From an uncultured Haloferula sp. (GTDB lineage: Bacteria > Verrucomicrobiota > Verrucomicrobiia > Verrucomicrobiales > Akkermansiaceae): DNA of 64,000 nucleotides. Below the pieces are notes generated by a model that was not told the DNA's origin, ran no database searches, and saw only the letters and a list, made by a program, of their open reading frames with translations. Shown one piece after another: positions 28,038-39,042 of the stretch (the first letter of the stretch is position 1; each line of letters starts with the position of its first letter). The translations under genes were made by a program, and so were the position numbers. The DNA lies in contig CBFGTS010000017.1 of assembly GCA_965652295.1 (NCBI GenBank), positions 32,769 through 96,768 of the forward strand. Reading direction: 5' to 3'.

Positions 28038-29006
28038 CTACGGCGTGAAGAGCACCTTGCCATGACGGTCCGGTGCGTCGAGACAGGCGAGCGCCTGCTT
28101 GAATTCCCCGAGCCGGTGCGTCGAGTCGATCGGCACGTCCAGTTTCCCTTCCGCCATCCATTTCGCGAGCAGACCATATGTCCGGTGCACCTCAGGCAAC
28201 CGCGCGTTCTCGAGCCACTTCGTCATCCAGAACCCGTGCAGGCTGATGTCCTTGAAAATGAGGAGACCGTTCGGCACCTTGAGCGGCTTGCGACCCATTG
28301 CGCCGTAGGTCACGTGGCTGCCGCCGACCGCCAGCAGGTTCATCAGGCGCAGCGCGCTGTCGCCCCCCACGGCATTCAGCGCGAGCACCGGGCGGTCCTT
28401 GCCGAGCACCTCTTTGGCCGCATCCACCGCGTCGCCGTTGTCCAGGAAAACGTGATCCGCGCCGATCGCCTTCAGCTCGCCAACCAACTCCTCGCGACGT
28501 ACGAGGTTCACCGTACGCCAGCCGAGCTGCTTGCAGAGCTGGATCACACATCGTCCCACCCCGGAATTCGCCGCGTTCTGGACCACCCAGCCGCCGGGAG
28601 GCACGGCCACGAAGCCATGAAGCATGCGGAAGGCCGTGGCGGGATTGACCTTGAGCATCGCCGCCTGGAGCGGATCGATGCCCACCGGCAGCTTGAAAAG
28701 CAGATCCCCATGCACGTCCGCCTGCTCCGCCCACGACGAGGCACGTGTCAGGAAAATGACGTGGTCGCCGGGCACGTAAGCTGCATGCCGGCTTTCCAGC
28801 ACCTCCGCGCAGCCTTCGATTCCCGGCGTCGCTGGCAGCTCCGGCATCACGCCGTAGGTGCCCTCGATGAAATTCAGATCCGCCGGGTTGACCGGCGCGG
28901 CGAGGACCTTCACGCGCACATGGTTTTCAGCCAGGGTGCCGGCTTCATCGTCCACGCATTCCAGAACCTCCACAGGGACACCACACGATCGGAAGGCAAG
29001 CTTCAT
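28038..29006 (-). CDS. 2-enoyl thioester reductase (MECR-like, MDR family)
   Basis: APVNPADLNFIEGTYG, VNPATAFRML, QNAANSGVG and TYGAM motifs. Confidence 0.88.
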   Translation of the reverse strand: MKLAFRSCGVPVEVLECVDDEAGTLAENHVRVKVLAAPVNPADLNFIEGTYGVMPELPATPGIEGCAEVLESRHAAYVPGDHVIFLTRASSWAEQADVHGDLLFKLPVGIDPLQAAMLKVNPATAFRMLHGFVAVPPGGWVVQNAANSGVGRCVIQLCKQLGWRTVNLVRREELVGELKAIGADHVFLDNGDAVDAAKEVLGKDRPVLALNAVGGDSALRLMNLLAVGGSHVTYGAMGRKPLKVPNGLLIFKDISLHGFWMTKWLENARLPEVHRTYGLLAKWMAEGKLDVPIDSTHRLGEFKQALACLDAPDRHGKVLFTP

Positions 29007-29086
29007 GCCCGTAGGTCGGCCTTTTCCGCGATGGGGTCAAGGGGGCGCCGCTCCATGCACGATCATGCGGAAGATTCCGCAAAATG

Positions 29087-30448
29087 CTAACCGCTCGCAT
29101 GGATCCACGACCCGCGCACGAAGAACGCCTGCGGCAGTGTCGCCATGGTGCCAAACATCAAGGCGAGCAGACGCTCGTCGAAGGGATTCGAAGTCAACGT
29201 GAGGCTGAGGAAGCTGGCGGTGAAAACAAAAGGCAAGGAGGCCAGCCAGTAGTCCGGACCGGGCAGAGCGGAGTTCGCTCGAGCCACGGCGATCGACTGC
29301 CACATGGTCGCGACGAAGAGCAGGATCATGCTCAGCAGCGCTACAACGCCGCCGGAGAAAAGCGAGTAGGTCCAGATGGAGTGACCGGCGAACCAGACAT
29401 CCTCTCCGATTTCCTCATCCGGCGGATACACGAGATGGATCTCAGGCAGATAGGCGGCGTCCCAGGAATAGCTCGCCCCAATCCCATGGCCGTAGAGGTA
29501 GTGCACTGGATCGGCGTCGAGGATCTTGAAAATGCCGGACGCCTCGGCTTCGCGGGTGAGCCATGAGATATCGATGGCGATGTTCCGGTCCGCCGCGTGA
29601 TGAAACAGCCGCTCGTTCCAGCGCTCGATCAGCTGCGGCTTCGACACCCATGTGACGGCCAGCGCAAGCACCGCGAATCCGCTGAGGGCAAACACCGGCA
29701 TCAACCGTCGCGCCACCTCCGACCACCGATAAACGCCCCATTTCACACCCAACGCGAAGGCGATTCCGGCGGTCAGCGCCGAGGCACCGATTGGCAGGAT
29801 CATCGAACGCGTGATCGTGATCACGATGCCGATGAACAAGGCTGCGGTGGCAGCGATCGTGGTCCAATGGAAACGCGAGCGGAGCAGCAGTGCGCACGCG
29901 ATGAATGCCGCGAGCCAGGCCAGCGCCGCGCTCAGAACCTCGGTGCGGACGTTTTCCATGGTTACCCCCTTGAAGGCGAAGCCGTGGAAAATCCGCCACA
30001 GGACATTCACGCACGCCGCCACCAGGATGGGAGCGACGATCCGTGCCGGGCGGACGCCCAGGCAGCCGGCCAGGTGGACATTGATCATACCGGCGAAGCA
30101 CAACATCAGGGGCAGGATGATGCGCAGCGACCGGCCGGGCTCGACGCCTTGGACGAAAGCATTCCCCAGCATGTAAACGAGGAATGCGCCCCAGAACGCC
30201 AGCATCCACGACCCGGGCCGCACGGTGATCATGCGCCAGCCGAGCAGGACGATTCCCGCCGTGGAACCCATCGCCCCGGCCAGGAACACAAGCTGATCGA
30301 GCCCCGCTCCCGAGGCGCCGGCTCGCGCTTCGCCCGCCCGGTAGTCGAGCGAGAAGGAAAGCATGAAGATCCAGAACAGCACCTCCACCCACACACGAGG
30401 GCCCGTGCGCGGGAAGGACACGGGGTCCTCGCTGTCGTCTAAAATCAT
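29087..30448 (-). CDS. O-antigen ligase/polymerase-like membrane protein
   Basis: Polytopic, with ITRS, a periplasmic R...GHGIG motif and a late GHS. Confidence 0.6.
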   Translation of the reverse strand: MILDDSEDPVSFPRTGPRVWVEVLFWIFMLSFSLDYRAGEARAGASGAGLDQLVFLAGAMGSTAGIVLLGWRMITVRPGSWMLAFWGAFLVYMLGNAFVQGVEPGRSLRIILPLMLCFAGMINVHLAGCLGVRPARIVAPILVAACVNVLWRIFHGFAFKGVTMENVRTEVLSAALAWLAAFIACALLLRSRFHWTTIAATAALFIGIVITITRSMILPIGASALTAGIAFALGVKWGVYRWSEVARRLMPVFALSGFAVLALAVTWVSKPQLIERWNERLFHHAADRNIAIDISWLTREAEASGIFKILDADPVHYLYGHGIGASYSWDAAYLPEIHLVYPPDEEIGEDVWFAGHSIWTYSLFSGGVVALLSMILLFVATMWQSIAVARANSALPGPDYWLASLPFVFTASFLSLTLTSNPFDERLLALMFGTMATLPQAFFVRGSWIHASG

Positions 30449-30723
30449 GGGTGCGGGTGCGGAAGGTGGACGGCCGGAGCCGCCGGGAAGGAGGGGAACA
30501 GCGGGCGCAGTCTAGGTTTCAGGCGGGGAAGCGTCAATGGAGGCGACGCCGTGCCCGACCTTGCACCCGCGCAGCCGGGACCATCCGGGCTTTTCCCACA
30601 TCATGGAGCAGCGGAGAAAACGGAGGGGACAACCGGCAGCCGCGGCCCGAGGGCGAATAACGCTCGCCGCAGACGCGTGTCCGGGTCAAATCGGCCGCAG
30701 CCCGATCTTTTCCAATCCACCTG

Positions 30724-31632
30724 ATGACCACCCTCTGCCGAGAATCCTTCCCCTCCGACAGGATGACCTGTTGGCTTGAAATGCGGGAGGCGCTGCAAGC
30801 GGAGCTGGGCGAAGCGATCACGCTCGACGCGCTGACCGGGCCGAAGGGACGTCTGGAAAGCGAAGCGTGCCGTGACGATGCGGGCGGCGAGGCCGGATGG
30901 TTGATCGCACAGCGGAAGAAAGGGCACCGGCACTCGATCGATGACGTGCTCACCGCCTGGTATGCGCTGCGGAATTCGCCGCCTGTCACCAGACATCTCG
31001 ACCTCGGCACCGGGATCGGCACCGTCGGGCTCCTCACGCTGTGGGGCATGGGTCGCGAGACGCGCCTGACTTGTGTCGAGGCGCAGGAAATCAGCTACCG
31101 TTTGCTGCAGGCGAATCTGGAGACCAATGGCCTGCGTTCCCGGGTGGACGCCTCGCATGGCGACCTGCGGGAGTTCGCGCCGGGCCGGCGGTTTCCGCTG
31201 GTGACCGGCAGCCCGCCCTACTTTCCGACGACGGCGGGGATCGTCCCCCAGGATTCGCAGAAGGCGCACGCCCGCTTCGAGCTTCGGGGCGATGTCTCGG
31301 ACTACGCCAGGGCCGCGGTCCGCCATCTGGAGCCGGACGGCTGGTTCGTGCTTTGTTTTCCCACGCCGCAGCGCCAGCGCGCTCTCGATGGCATCGCCGG
31401 TGCCGGCCTCAAGATTGTCCGGCTGCGGCCCGTCATCCCACGGGCATCGCTTCCGCCTCTGTTCGATCTGATCGCCTGCCGTCATCCCGGTTTCGTGCCG
31501 AATGAGATGGAGATCGAGGCACCGTTGATCGTGCGCGAGGCAAGCGGCCGGCTCACCGCCGAAATGGCTGGGGTGCGCCGTGGCTTCGGGTTTCCCGATG
31601 GAGCGGCCCACGGCGATTGGCAGACGGGTTGA
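30724..31632 (+). CDS. SAM-dependent methyltransferase (TrmN6/YfiC-like)
   Basis: LDLGTGIG, GSPPYF and ARFE motifs. Start uncertain. Confidence 0.8.
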   Translation: MTTLCRESFPSDRMTCWLEMREALQAELGEAITLDALTGPKGRLESEACRDDAGGEAGWLIAQRKKGHRHSIDDVLTAWYALRNSPPVTRHLDLGTGIGTVGLLTLWGMGRETRLTCVEAQEISYRLLQANLETNGLRSRVDASHGDLREFAPGRRFPLVTGSPPYFPTTAGIVPQDSQKAHARFELRGDVSDYARAAVRHLEPDGWFVLCFPTPQRQRALDGIAGAGLKIVRLRPVIPRASLPPLFDLIACRHPGFVPNEMEIEAPLIVREASGRLTAEMAGVRRGFGFPDGAAHGDWQTG

Positions 31633-31666
31633 GATGAAAGGAAGCTGCGGAGTCGCCGCCCCGCCC

Positions 31667-34600
31667 TTATTCCGCGGGTTCGACCACCACCCTGTAAAAG
31701 CCCGGCTCTTGGCCATCGGGAGACGACATGGCGGTGAGGGTGACCAGGCCCGTGGCCTCGGTGATCGTGAATGCGTCCGTCGCGTCCGCCCATTCGTCCA
31801 GATCGGGTGACGATTCGAGGTGCCAGACAAACGCGCTCAAGTCCTCGCGGCAGGTAATTTTCAGTTCGGGAACGCCGCTCTCGTTGATGATGATGGCGAC
31901 GTTCGCCGATCCATGATCCGGCACGGTCGGATCGGTCCCGAAAAACAACTCCAGCAGGGTGGTCATGCCATCGCCATCGGGATCGATCTCGAGCCCGACG
32001 AGCGATCCGTCGGTCATCTCCGCTGGGGTGAAGTGCTGGGCCAGGAGTGCGCGCAGCGGGTCGTCATTCTCGGCTTCGCCGGGATTGCCACCCCACGAAA
32101 TACTAGAGGTCCAGTTGCCCGCCAGGCTGTGGTCCGGGGCGGAGTCCGGGTTCACCAGGACCAGGGCCGGGCCGCCGCCATCGGGAGCCAGCGGCCACGG
32201 CGGATCATCGAGGTATTCGAAGCGCTGGAGGATGCCCCCGTCCTGATCCATCAAGGCCAGAAACTCGCCGCCGTTTCCGAGCGCGGTATCGTCTTCGAAT
32301 TCGCCGGCCACCGGCAGACCGCTACCGTAGCGGTGGGCGAAGGCGGTGGCGTTCCGGACGATCAGAACCCGCGCGCCGGGTGCCAGCTCGTGGACGCTGG
32401 AGGCATCGAAACCGAACTGGATGCCCTCGTTGAAATGCACCCCGGAGAGGTCGAGCGTGTCGCTGCTGGCGTTCTTCAGCTCGATGTATTCGAAGTCGCC
32501 ATCGTCGAGATACCCCGCCGCGATCTCGGCGGACGTGGGATTCAAGGGGTGGTAGTGGATTTTTGAAACGACCAGATTCGACGGGGTGGGCGCGACGGCA
32601 TCGACCACGAAATCCGCTTCCGTCACGGGCGACCATTCGCCGCCATTCAGCACGCGGGCTTTCAAAGTCAGCGTCTGGTCCAGAAGCAGAGGGTCTCCCT
32701 CATAGGGCACGGCGGTTTCCGCCACGCCATTCGCTCCTCCTTCGATTTCGAGGCCTTCCAAGGTCGGCCAGATCAGGAAATCCGAGCTCGAGGCACCGCG
32801 GTTGAGGGCGTGGACGGCGAGCACGTTGTTTCCCGGGACGAGCAGGCCGAGGTGGTCTGAGATGTCGAAAGTGTGGAACTCGACCGCTTCGGAATCATCG
32901 TGCGTGGTGGTGGCCTGGCTGTTCCAAGCCGCGGGTTCGCCGGGATTCCCCGGGGCATTCTGCCGGGCGACTTCCACCCCGTTGAGATAGGCGATGAAGC
33001 CGTCGTCATAACGCAGGCCGAGGCGCAGCACGTTGAGGTCCGGATTGGAGGAATAGGTGAAGCCGGCTCGCAGGTAGATGCTCTCGAAATTGCTGCCATT
33101 GACGACTCCGGCGAAGTCGAGGTTCGGATCGATCAGACTCTCGTAGTCGCCGCCGACGCTGTTTTCGTAGCCGGCACCGAGCGTGCCGGCAGGCCATGCG
33201 GAGTCGTCGAAGCCGCTCTGCGTCCAGGCCGTGCCGAGCAATCCGCTCGTCGGAACGAGGGCGCGTTTGGTGGCGAATTCCCCGAGCATGGTGACGGAGT
33301 CGACCACCTCACCGGAGGCGGAGACGCGCGGGTCGCTGCCATCGGTGGTGTAGTAGATGGTCCCGGGTGAGGGGCTGGAAAGGGTGATCGGGGTGCCCCC
33401 GGGGAATCTCCCTCCGTGAGAGGAAAAGGCGGGTGGTTCGGTATTCGGGTACCATCCGCGGGAACGAAGCTGGTTGAGGAAGATCTCCGGACGGCGGTTG
33501 AAATAATCCCCGAAGTCGCCGTCTGTGCGCACGCCCAGAAAGCGCTCTCGGTTCGCCAGCCAGTCCAGCCGGGTGTAGGGCTGGGCGCGTTGGTTGTCGC
33601 CCCAGCGCGCGGATTCCAGCCGGATGACTTCGAAGATCGGTGCCGTGCGGCGGGCGTACAGATCGAGGGTTCGCTCCGGTGTCATCGCGCCCCCATGGTG
33701 GAGGTGGTGGTGGACCCGGTCTGCGAAACGCAGCCGGTATTCGGCATTCGCGGAAAGATCCTGCTGGAGGTTTGTGGGTCCTCCGGAGTCGCTGCGGCCG
33801 GTGACGTTGTCCGTGAGGTAGTTCATCACGTTTTCCGCATCCCAGCTGTGGAACTGCCACTTGCCTTCCGGGGTGGTGTGGTTGCGGGAGGCGTACCAGT
33901 TCTGGTGCCCCCAGTCGGTGTTCCCGAGGAAGTAGTTGAGGATGATGTAGTCGATGAAGGCATCGATATCCAGAAGCTCGGCCACCCGGTCGAAGTTCCC
34001 TTGGATGGAAAGATCCTGATCGGCCAGGGAGTGGAGTTGCACGTACGAGTCCCGGGAGCCGCTGACGACCGTGTTGATGTTGTGCTTCACCACGTCGTAG
34101 TCGTCCTTGTCCCCGCCCATGTAGCTGGCGGCGAAGTCATCGTCCGGGCGCTCGTGCAGCGTTCGCATGCCCCAGAAAATGCCGTTGATGTAGAGCAAGA
34201 CGTGTCGTCCGTGCGGGGAAAAGCCGCCGATCTCGCGGTGGAGGTCGGCGGCGAACTGGTCCCGCGCATACTGGGCCCTGCCTTGCTGGGTGGCGGGAGA
34301 GAACTCTCCGCCGTAGTGCCAGCACTCGCCGAGTTGCGCATCCAGCACCAAGGTATCGAAGCGGTCGGTCGCGTCCTCGCCGAGGACCGGGAACCTGAGG
34401 TCGCGATCGAACTTCAGCCGCAGCGAAAGGTTGTCGGATTTCCATCGATTCGGGCTGCTGCCACCGACGATCTGGACCGTTCCATCCAGCTGGAAACCCT
34501 CGGCCTCGTTGGGAAACGCCACGTTGTCCTCCGGATTCAGGAGTTCGATCGAGACGTTCTTTTCGACATCCTGACCGGCGATGTAGATGCCCCCGCTGCC

Positions 34601-35626
34601 GAACATTTCGTCGAAGTTCATCGAGATGGACAGCGTCGGAATCCGCTTCAAGTCGTCGCTCACCGGCCTGATCTCGGGATCCGGGTGGCTCACGATCTGC
34701 GGGTCCATTTCCCAGTCCGGCCCGGCGTGTCCCCAGTCGACCGCTTGATCGAAGGGTGCGCCCAGCCCGTTCTGCTGCAAAACATGAGCCGGGAAAATGT
34801 AGGTGTGGCTGTCCACATCCGTCGGTTGGAAGCCGGGCTTCACCGCCATCGCCCGCAGGCAGGTGGTGGTGGTGATCGCGACCGTGGCGGACGGCGTTTC
34901 CGTTCCGCTCGGAGCCGAGATCTGAGTGCCGTTCGTTTCATCCGGCCACGAGCCGTCCGTGGTGTAAATCAACGTCGAGCCCGGAGTCGCGGACGTGATT
35001 ACGACGGAAAGCGGCGCGTCGTAGAGCCCGCGGTTCACGCTGAACTTGGTGTCATCGACGAATCCGTCGACCGAGTCCATGCTGTTCGCCGTGCCGGGGG
35101 TCGGCTCCGAGAAGTAAGCGGTGGTGCCGGACCCGTCCTGCAAGGCGAGCCCGTAGGAGGTGTCCTCGAACTGGTCGGGATAGGGCAGATAGGACGAGAC
35201 GATGCTGACGCTGGTGTCCGGCTCCATCCGCGAGAGTAGCAGGTTGCCCGGCGAGAGCCGGCCGAGCTTGAAGTTGGTGTGGAGTTCGTCGGCAGGGTTT
35301 CCGAGATCGCGTCCGGAGGCGAAGATGAGCCGGTATTCCCCGGCACCGATCATGAAATCCGGGAGGGGCCACAAGGTCGGTTCATCCGGATCGTCGCTGA
35401 GGAACCAGCCGCCGGTGCTCACCGGCTCGTTGCCGGAGTTCCAGATCTCGATCCAATCGGAAGCCTCGCCGAAGGAATCCGTGAGGCCGCTGCCGTTGTC
35501 GGCCAGGAACTCGGAAATCGCCAGCTCGCCGGAGGCGGGACAGAAGAAAAAGGGCGCGGCGAGCCACCACGCGGAACGGGAGAGGAAGGGCATGCGAACA
35601 AAGGGGTTTTCGCCTCGGTCAGGCAT
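31667..35626 (-). CDS. large exported protein with lamin-tail domains, chitobiase/FN3-associated repeats and a CotH kinase-like domain
   Basis: ISEFLADN...DWIEIWN, two IYTTDGS.P repeats, NTDWGHQNW...WDAE and SKIHYHP. The true start may be MPFLS near 35593. Confidence 0.8.
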   Translation of the reverse strand: MPDRGENPFVRMPFLSRSAWWLAAPFFFCPASGELAISEFLADNGSGLTDSFGEASDWIEIWNSGNEPVSTGGWFLSDDPDEPTLWPLPDFMIGAGEYRLIFASGRDLGNPADELHTNFKLGRLSPGNLLLSRMEPDTSVSIVSSYLPYPDQFEDTSYGLALQDGSGTTAYFSEPTPGTANSMDSVDGFVDDTKFSVNRGLYDAPLSVVITSATPGSTLIYTTDGSWPDETNGTQISAPSGTETPSATVAITTTTCLRAMAVKPGFQPTDVDSHTYIFPAHVLQQNGLGAPFDQAVDWGHAGPDWEMDPQIVSHPDPEIRPVSDDLKRIPTLSISMNFDEMFGSGGIYIAGQDVEKNVSIELLNPEDNVAFPNEAEGFQLDGTVQIVGGSSPNRWKSDNLSLRLKFDRDLRFPVLGEDATDRFDTLVLDAQLGECWHYGGEFSPATQQGRAQYARDQFAADLHREIGGFSPHGRHVLLYINGIFWGMRTLHERPDDDFAASYMGGDKDDYDVVKHNINTVVSGSRDSYVQLHSLADQDLSIQGNFDRVAELLDIDAFIDYIILNYFLGNTDWGHQNWYASRNHTTPEGKWQFHSWDAENVMNYLTDNVTGRSDSGGPTNLQQDLSANAEYRLRFADRVHHHLHHGGAMTPERTLDLYARRTAPIFEVIRLESARWGDNQRAQPYTRLDWLANRERFLGVRTDGDFGDYFNRRPEIFLNQLRSRGWYPNTEPPAFSSHGGRFPGGTPITLSSPSPGTIYYTTDGSDPRVSASGEVVDSVTMLGEFATKRALVPTSGLLGTAWTQSGFDDSAWPAGTLGAGYENSVGGDYESLIDPNLDFAGVVNGSNFESIYLRAGFTYSSNPDLNVLRLGLRYDDGFIAYLNGVEVARQNAPGNPGEPAAWNSQATTTHDDSEAVEFHTFDISDHLGLLVPGNNVLAVHALNRGASSSDFLIWPTLEGLEIEGGANGVAETAVPYEGDPLLLDQTLTLKARVLNGGEWSPVTEADFVVDAVAPTPSNLVVSKIHYHPLNPTSAEIAAGYLDDGDFEYIELKNASSDTLDLSGVHFNEGIQFGFDASSVHELAPGARVLIVRNATAFAHRYGSGLPVAGEFEDDTALGNGGEFLALMDQDGGILQRFEYLDDPPWPLAPDGGGPALVLVNPDSAPDHSLAGNWTSSISWGGNPGEAENDDPLRALLAQHFTPAEMTDGSLVGLEIDPDGDGMTTLLELFFGTDPTVPDHGSANVAIIINESGVPELKITCREDLSAFVWHLESSPDLDEWADATDAFTITEATGLVTLTAMSSPDGQEPGFYRVVVEPAE

Positions 35627-35774
35627 GGGGCCTCACCGATCTCATCGGGAAGGCTATTTCTCCGCCCGGGCATGAACAGAAAAATGGCTCTCGGGCAGCA
35701 CCGCACGATTTCAGGGGGGAATCACCGTGGCCTCCGTGTTCGAAAAAATAGAGGACCGCGTTCTCCGCCGAATC

Positions 35775-36605
35775 CTACCGCGACTCATGGATCTTCCGAT
35801 CTTCCTCGATCCGCCGCTCCAGCTCGATGGGGTCGACCATGGTGAAGATGGACCAGGAGTGGATCCGGGGGTGCAGGAACCACCGGGCTTCCGTGACGAT
35901 GCCAACCAGCCGACCTTTTTCATCCGCCACCGGTCCTCCGCTCATGCCGCCGCGGACAGGCATGGTGGAGGTGTGGATCGTGCCATTTCCATGTTTTTCA
36001 GTCCGGCTGATCCGCCCGGCGGTGGCGTAGGATCCATTTCCGACACTCCGCTTTTTCAGGACCTGGAGGTCCTTGAAGTGCAGCGGACCGGTCGCCCGGA
36101 ACACCCCAAGCGATGAGCCACTGAAGACCGAGGTGCCTTCTTCCGCTGGCTCGCGAGCGAGGGGAAGGGGCGCCGCGAACTCCACCGGGAACTTCACGAG
36201 CGCCAGGTCGAGGTGCTCGCTTTCCCACACCACCCGGCCTTTGTGGCATACTTGGGAAAACGGAGGTGCGGCGCCCATTTCCAAAAGCCACCACGGCTCT
36301 TCCTGCACCACGTGTAGGGCGGTCAAACAGTAGCCGTCACGCGTCACCGGAACGGCTCGTCCGCCGCCGATGTCTTTTGGATCGAACGTGATCAGGGCGG
36401 TCCGGTCCGTGAAGAACTCCCTCACCGACTTGCCCTCGATCGGACGCGGGGAAAATGCCGAGACGGCCCGTTCCTGGCGGGCGCGCATCGTGGCGTTGTC
36501 GTGGGTCACCTCGGAAACAGGACCGCAGGCCGCCATCAGGACTGAGGCGAAGACGGCCAGATGAGGGCCGGCGGCAGGGACTGGCTTTTGTGGTTGGGGG
36601 TTCAT
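35775..36605 (-). CDS. trypsin-like serine protease, probable lipoprotein
   Basis: LTALHVV, DLAL and GMSGGP triad; LMAAC lipobox. Confidence 0.8.
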   Translation of the reverse strand: MNPQPQKPVPAAGPHLAVFASVLMAACGPVSEVTHDNATMRARQERAVSAFSPRPIEGKSVREFFTDRTALITFDPKDIGGGRAVPVTRDGYCLTALHVVQEEPWWLLEMGAAPPFSQVCHKGRVVWESEHLDLALVKFPVEFAAPLPLAREPAEEGTSVFSGSSLGVFRATGPLHFKDLQVLKKRSVGNGSYATAGRISRTEKHGNGTIHTSTMPVRGGMSGGPVADEKGRLVGIVTEARWFLHPRIHSWSIFTMVDPIELERRIEEDRKIHESR

Positions 36606-36925
36606 GGTAAAAGATCACGCCAACTCCTTGAGGAAAGCAGCGCCTTGCGAAGCCTGCGTCGCGAGACCCGGAAGGAAGAGCATGAGGAGGAAGAGGCGAA
36701 TCATCATGGGATCGGAGAAGCTGAGGTGCCCGGACGTTGGACGCGGATGCCCCATCCAATGCAGGGCACCATCGTTCATGTTCGAAACCTTCGTTCAAGG
36801 CCGCGCTGACCCGAAGCCTGGGAAACCGCCGCCCGCACCGATCCTGAAAACTGCCGCTTCATTTGACATCCGGCGACAGCGGACAGGATCTCTGCTAGAA
36901 TGGTCTGACACCACCATTGAGAACC

Positions 36926-37378
36926 ATGAGCTCCGATTCCACCCATCACTCTCTGGCCGAAAGCCTCAATCAAGTCCTCGCCGATTCGTATGCGCTGATG
37001 GCGCTGACCCACTCGGCGCATTGGAATGTCGAAGGCCCGGGGTTTTTCGCCCTGCACACGGCTTTCCAAACGCAGTACGAGGAGCTTTTCGCCGCGGTCG
37101 ATGAGATCGCCGAGCGCATCCGCGCAATCGGTGCCTACGCCGTCGGAGGCCTCGGCCAATTGGCGTCCGCCGCCGCGATGAAGGAGTTCACCGCGCCGCT
37201 TGCCCAAGAGGATTACGTGAAGGCGCTTCTGGGCGCGAATGAGAAGCTGGTGGCCGATGCGAGCGCAGCCCGCGACCTCGCCGGACAGGTGGATGATCCG
37301 GAAAGCGAAGACCTCATGATCGGCCGGATCACCCTGCACCAGAAGACGATCTGGATGCTGAGGAGTTTCCTCAAATGA
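36926..37378 (+). CDS. dps: Dps family ferritin-like protein
   Basis: HWNVEGPGFFALH, DEIAERI and HQKTIWML motifs. Confidence 0.93.
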   Translation: MSSDSTHHSLAESLNQVLADSYALMALTHSAHWNVEGPGFFALHTAFQTQYEELFAAVDEIAERIRAIGAYAVGGLGQLASAAAMKEFTAPLAQEDYVKALLGANEKLVADASAARDLAGQVDDPESEDLMIGRITLHQKTIWMLRSFLK

Positions 37379-37552
37379 CCGGCGGTCCGACCGCATCAAG
37401 ACGTCGGAAAAGCAAAATATGCGGAGTGTAACCGGCGGGCGGCGTGGCGGTGGCTGGCGGGCCTGCCATGCTGCTTGGGGTGACGAAGGTGCCCGGGAGC
37501 CCCGATCCCGGCGTGTTCCCTTCGTTCCTGATCCACCAACCCCCACCTCGCT

Positions 37553-38218
37553 ATGAATCCCATCGGACGATTGCTCCTGCTTGGAGCCTGGTCGCTGGCA
37601 GGAAATGTCTCCGCCGCGATCACCATCCCCACCGTCTCCGCAGGGGACGGGTATCATCACAACGAACTCGGAACAAGTTACGACTTTTTCGACGCCAGCT
37701 CGACGAGTGCAAGTGCCTACTACACCTACTGGGGTACGAGCGACACGGTGCAGCATAACATCGGTTACCTGCAGTTCAGCCTCGGCTCGGTCACGCCCTC
37801 GACCCCGACCACGGTGATCACGCTCCACCTGAACATCACCTCCAGCCACTACTCTTCGGACAGCCCTTCCGCCGGTTTCGTGAAGCACGTGGCGGCTCCC
37901 ACGGCTGCAAACGGCAACGCCTCGCAACGGCTTGCGGGAACCGAGCAGGTGGTGGAAATCAAGGACCAGGGCACCGGATGGCTTTCGCTCGACGTGACGG
38001 CGATGGTTCAGAACGACCTCGCCAACGACTACGCCTACTCCTGCTTCAGCCTGGATCCGAACACGGCGGGGTATTTCCGCGACGCGGGCTTCTCGGTTTC
38101 CACGGCGGAAAGCGGCAACGCTCCCTATCTTTCCTTCGCCGTGCCGGAACCCCCGGCAGCGCTCCTCGGCATCGGCGGACTGCTGATGCTGCTCCATCGG
38201 AGACGCCGCTTGGCCTAG
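37553..38218 (+). CDS. PEP-CTERM sorting domain protein
   Basis: Signal peptide and C-terminal VPEP-TM-RRRR. Confidence 0.9.
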   Translation: MNPIGRLLLLGAWSLAGNVSAAITIPTVSAGDGYHHNELGTSYDFFDASSTSASAYYTYWGTSDTVQHNIGYLQFSLGSVTPSTPTTVITLHLNITSSHYSSDSPSAGFVKHVAAPTAANGNASQRLAGTEQVVEIKDQGTGWLSLDVTAMVQNDLANDYAYSCFSLDPNTAGYFRDAGFSVSTAESGNAPYLSFAVPEPPAALLGIGGLLMLLHRRRRLA

Positions 38219-38221
38219 CGA

Positions 38222-38857
38222 TCAACCCCGCTGTTGGAGAAACGGCTCCACGTCGAGGAAGTCTTGGCCGTGGATGATTTCGGCTAGGATCGGAGCCTCG
38301 ACGAGGTCCTCGATGACGCCCTTGTTGGTGACGGCGGCGGTGTCGAGTTCGTCCTGGAGGTGGTTGAGCACCAGGCCGGCGACTTCGAGGCCGCTGGCGC
38401 GGATGTCCTCCACGGTGAGGATCGTGTGGTTGAGAGCGCCGAGGCGGTTCGCCACGACGACGATCACCGGGTGGCCGAGGTCGGTGGCGAGGTCGGCCAT
38501 GTCGTAGCCCTCCGCCAAAGGCACGCGCCAGCCGCCCGCGCCCTCGATGACGACGGTGTCGAAGCGCTTCTCGAACTGCTTGAAGCCGGCCACGATCGCC
38601 CCGGGGTTGACGCGGGAGTTGTCGAGCATGGCGGCGATTTTGGGGGCGACGGCCGCCTTCAGGTAGATGGGGTTGATTTCCTCGACGGAGAGCCCGCCGG
38701 AAACTTCCGCCAGCGCGATGGCGTCGTCGCGATCCCCGCAGCAGACCGGCTTGTAGCCGGCGGCGTTGAGGCCGTTTTCCCGCAGCGCGGAAACGAGCAG
38801 GCGCGAGAACCAGGTCTTGCCGACTCCGGTATCGGTTCCAGTGATAAACCAGCTCAT
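38222..38857 (-). CDS. bioD: dethiobiotin synthase
   Basis: ITGTDTGVGKT, KPV, IEGAGG and LGALNHT motifs. Confidence 0.93.
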   Translation of the reverse strand: MSWFITGTDTGVGKTWFSRLLVSALRENGLNAAGYKPVCCGDRDDAIALAEVSGGLSVEEINPIYLKAAVAPKIAAMLDNSRVNPGAIVAGFKQFEKRFDTVVIEGAGGWRVPLAEGYDMADLATDLGHPVIVVVANRLGALNHTILTVEDIRASGLEVAGLVLNHLQDELDTAAVTNKGVIEDLVEAPILAEIIHGQDFLDVEPFLQQRG

Positions 38858-39042
38858 TGTCCTTCGAAGGCTCGGGCTTCGTCCTCGGGCACGATGATCG
38901 CGCGCTTCGGGACCTGATTGCCGTTCTCGTCCTCCCACTCTCCGTTAGCGATCAGCTGAGCCCGGATCACGATCCAGATCGCGATCGCCAGAATCAGCGA
39001 GATCAGTTTCGGACCCAAGTTCCTGCGAAATGCCTTTCTCAT
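38854..39042 (-). CDS. 62-aa single-TM protein (resembles the CdaR/YbbR N-terminus)
   Basis: NLGPKLISLILAIAIW; lies between cdaA and bioD and overlaps the bioD start. Confidence 0.6.
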   Translation of the reverse strand: MRKAFRRNLGPKLISLILAIAIWIVIRAQLIANGEWEDENGNQVPKRAIIVPEDEARAFEGQ

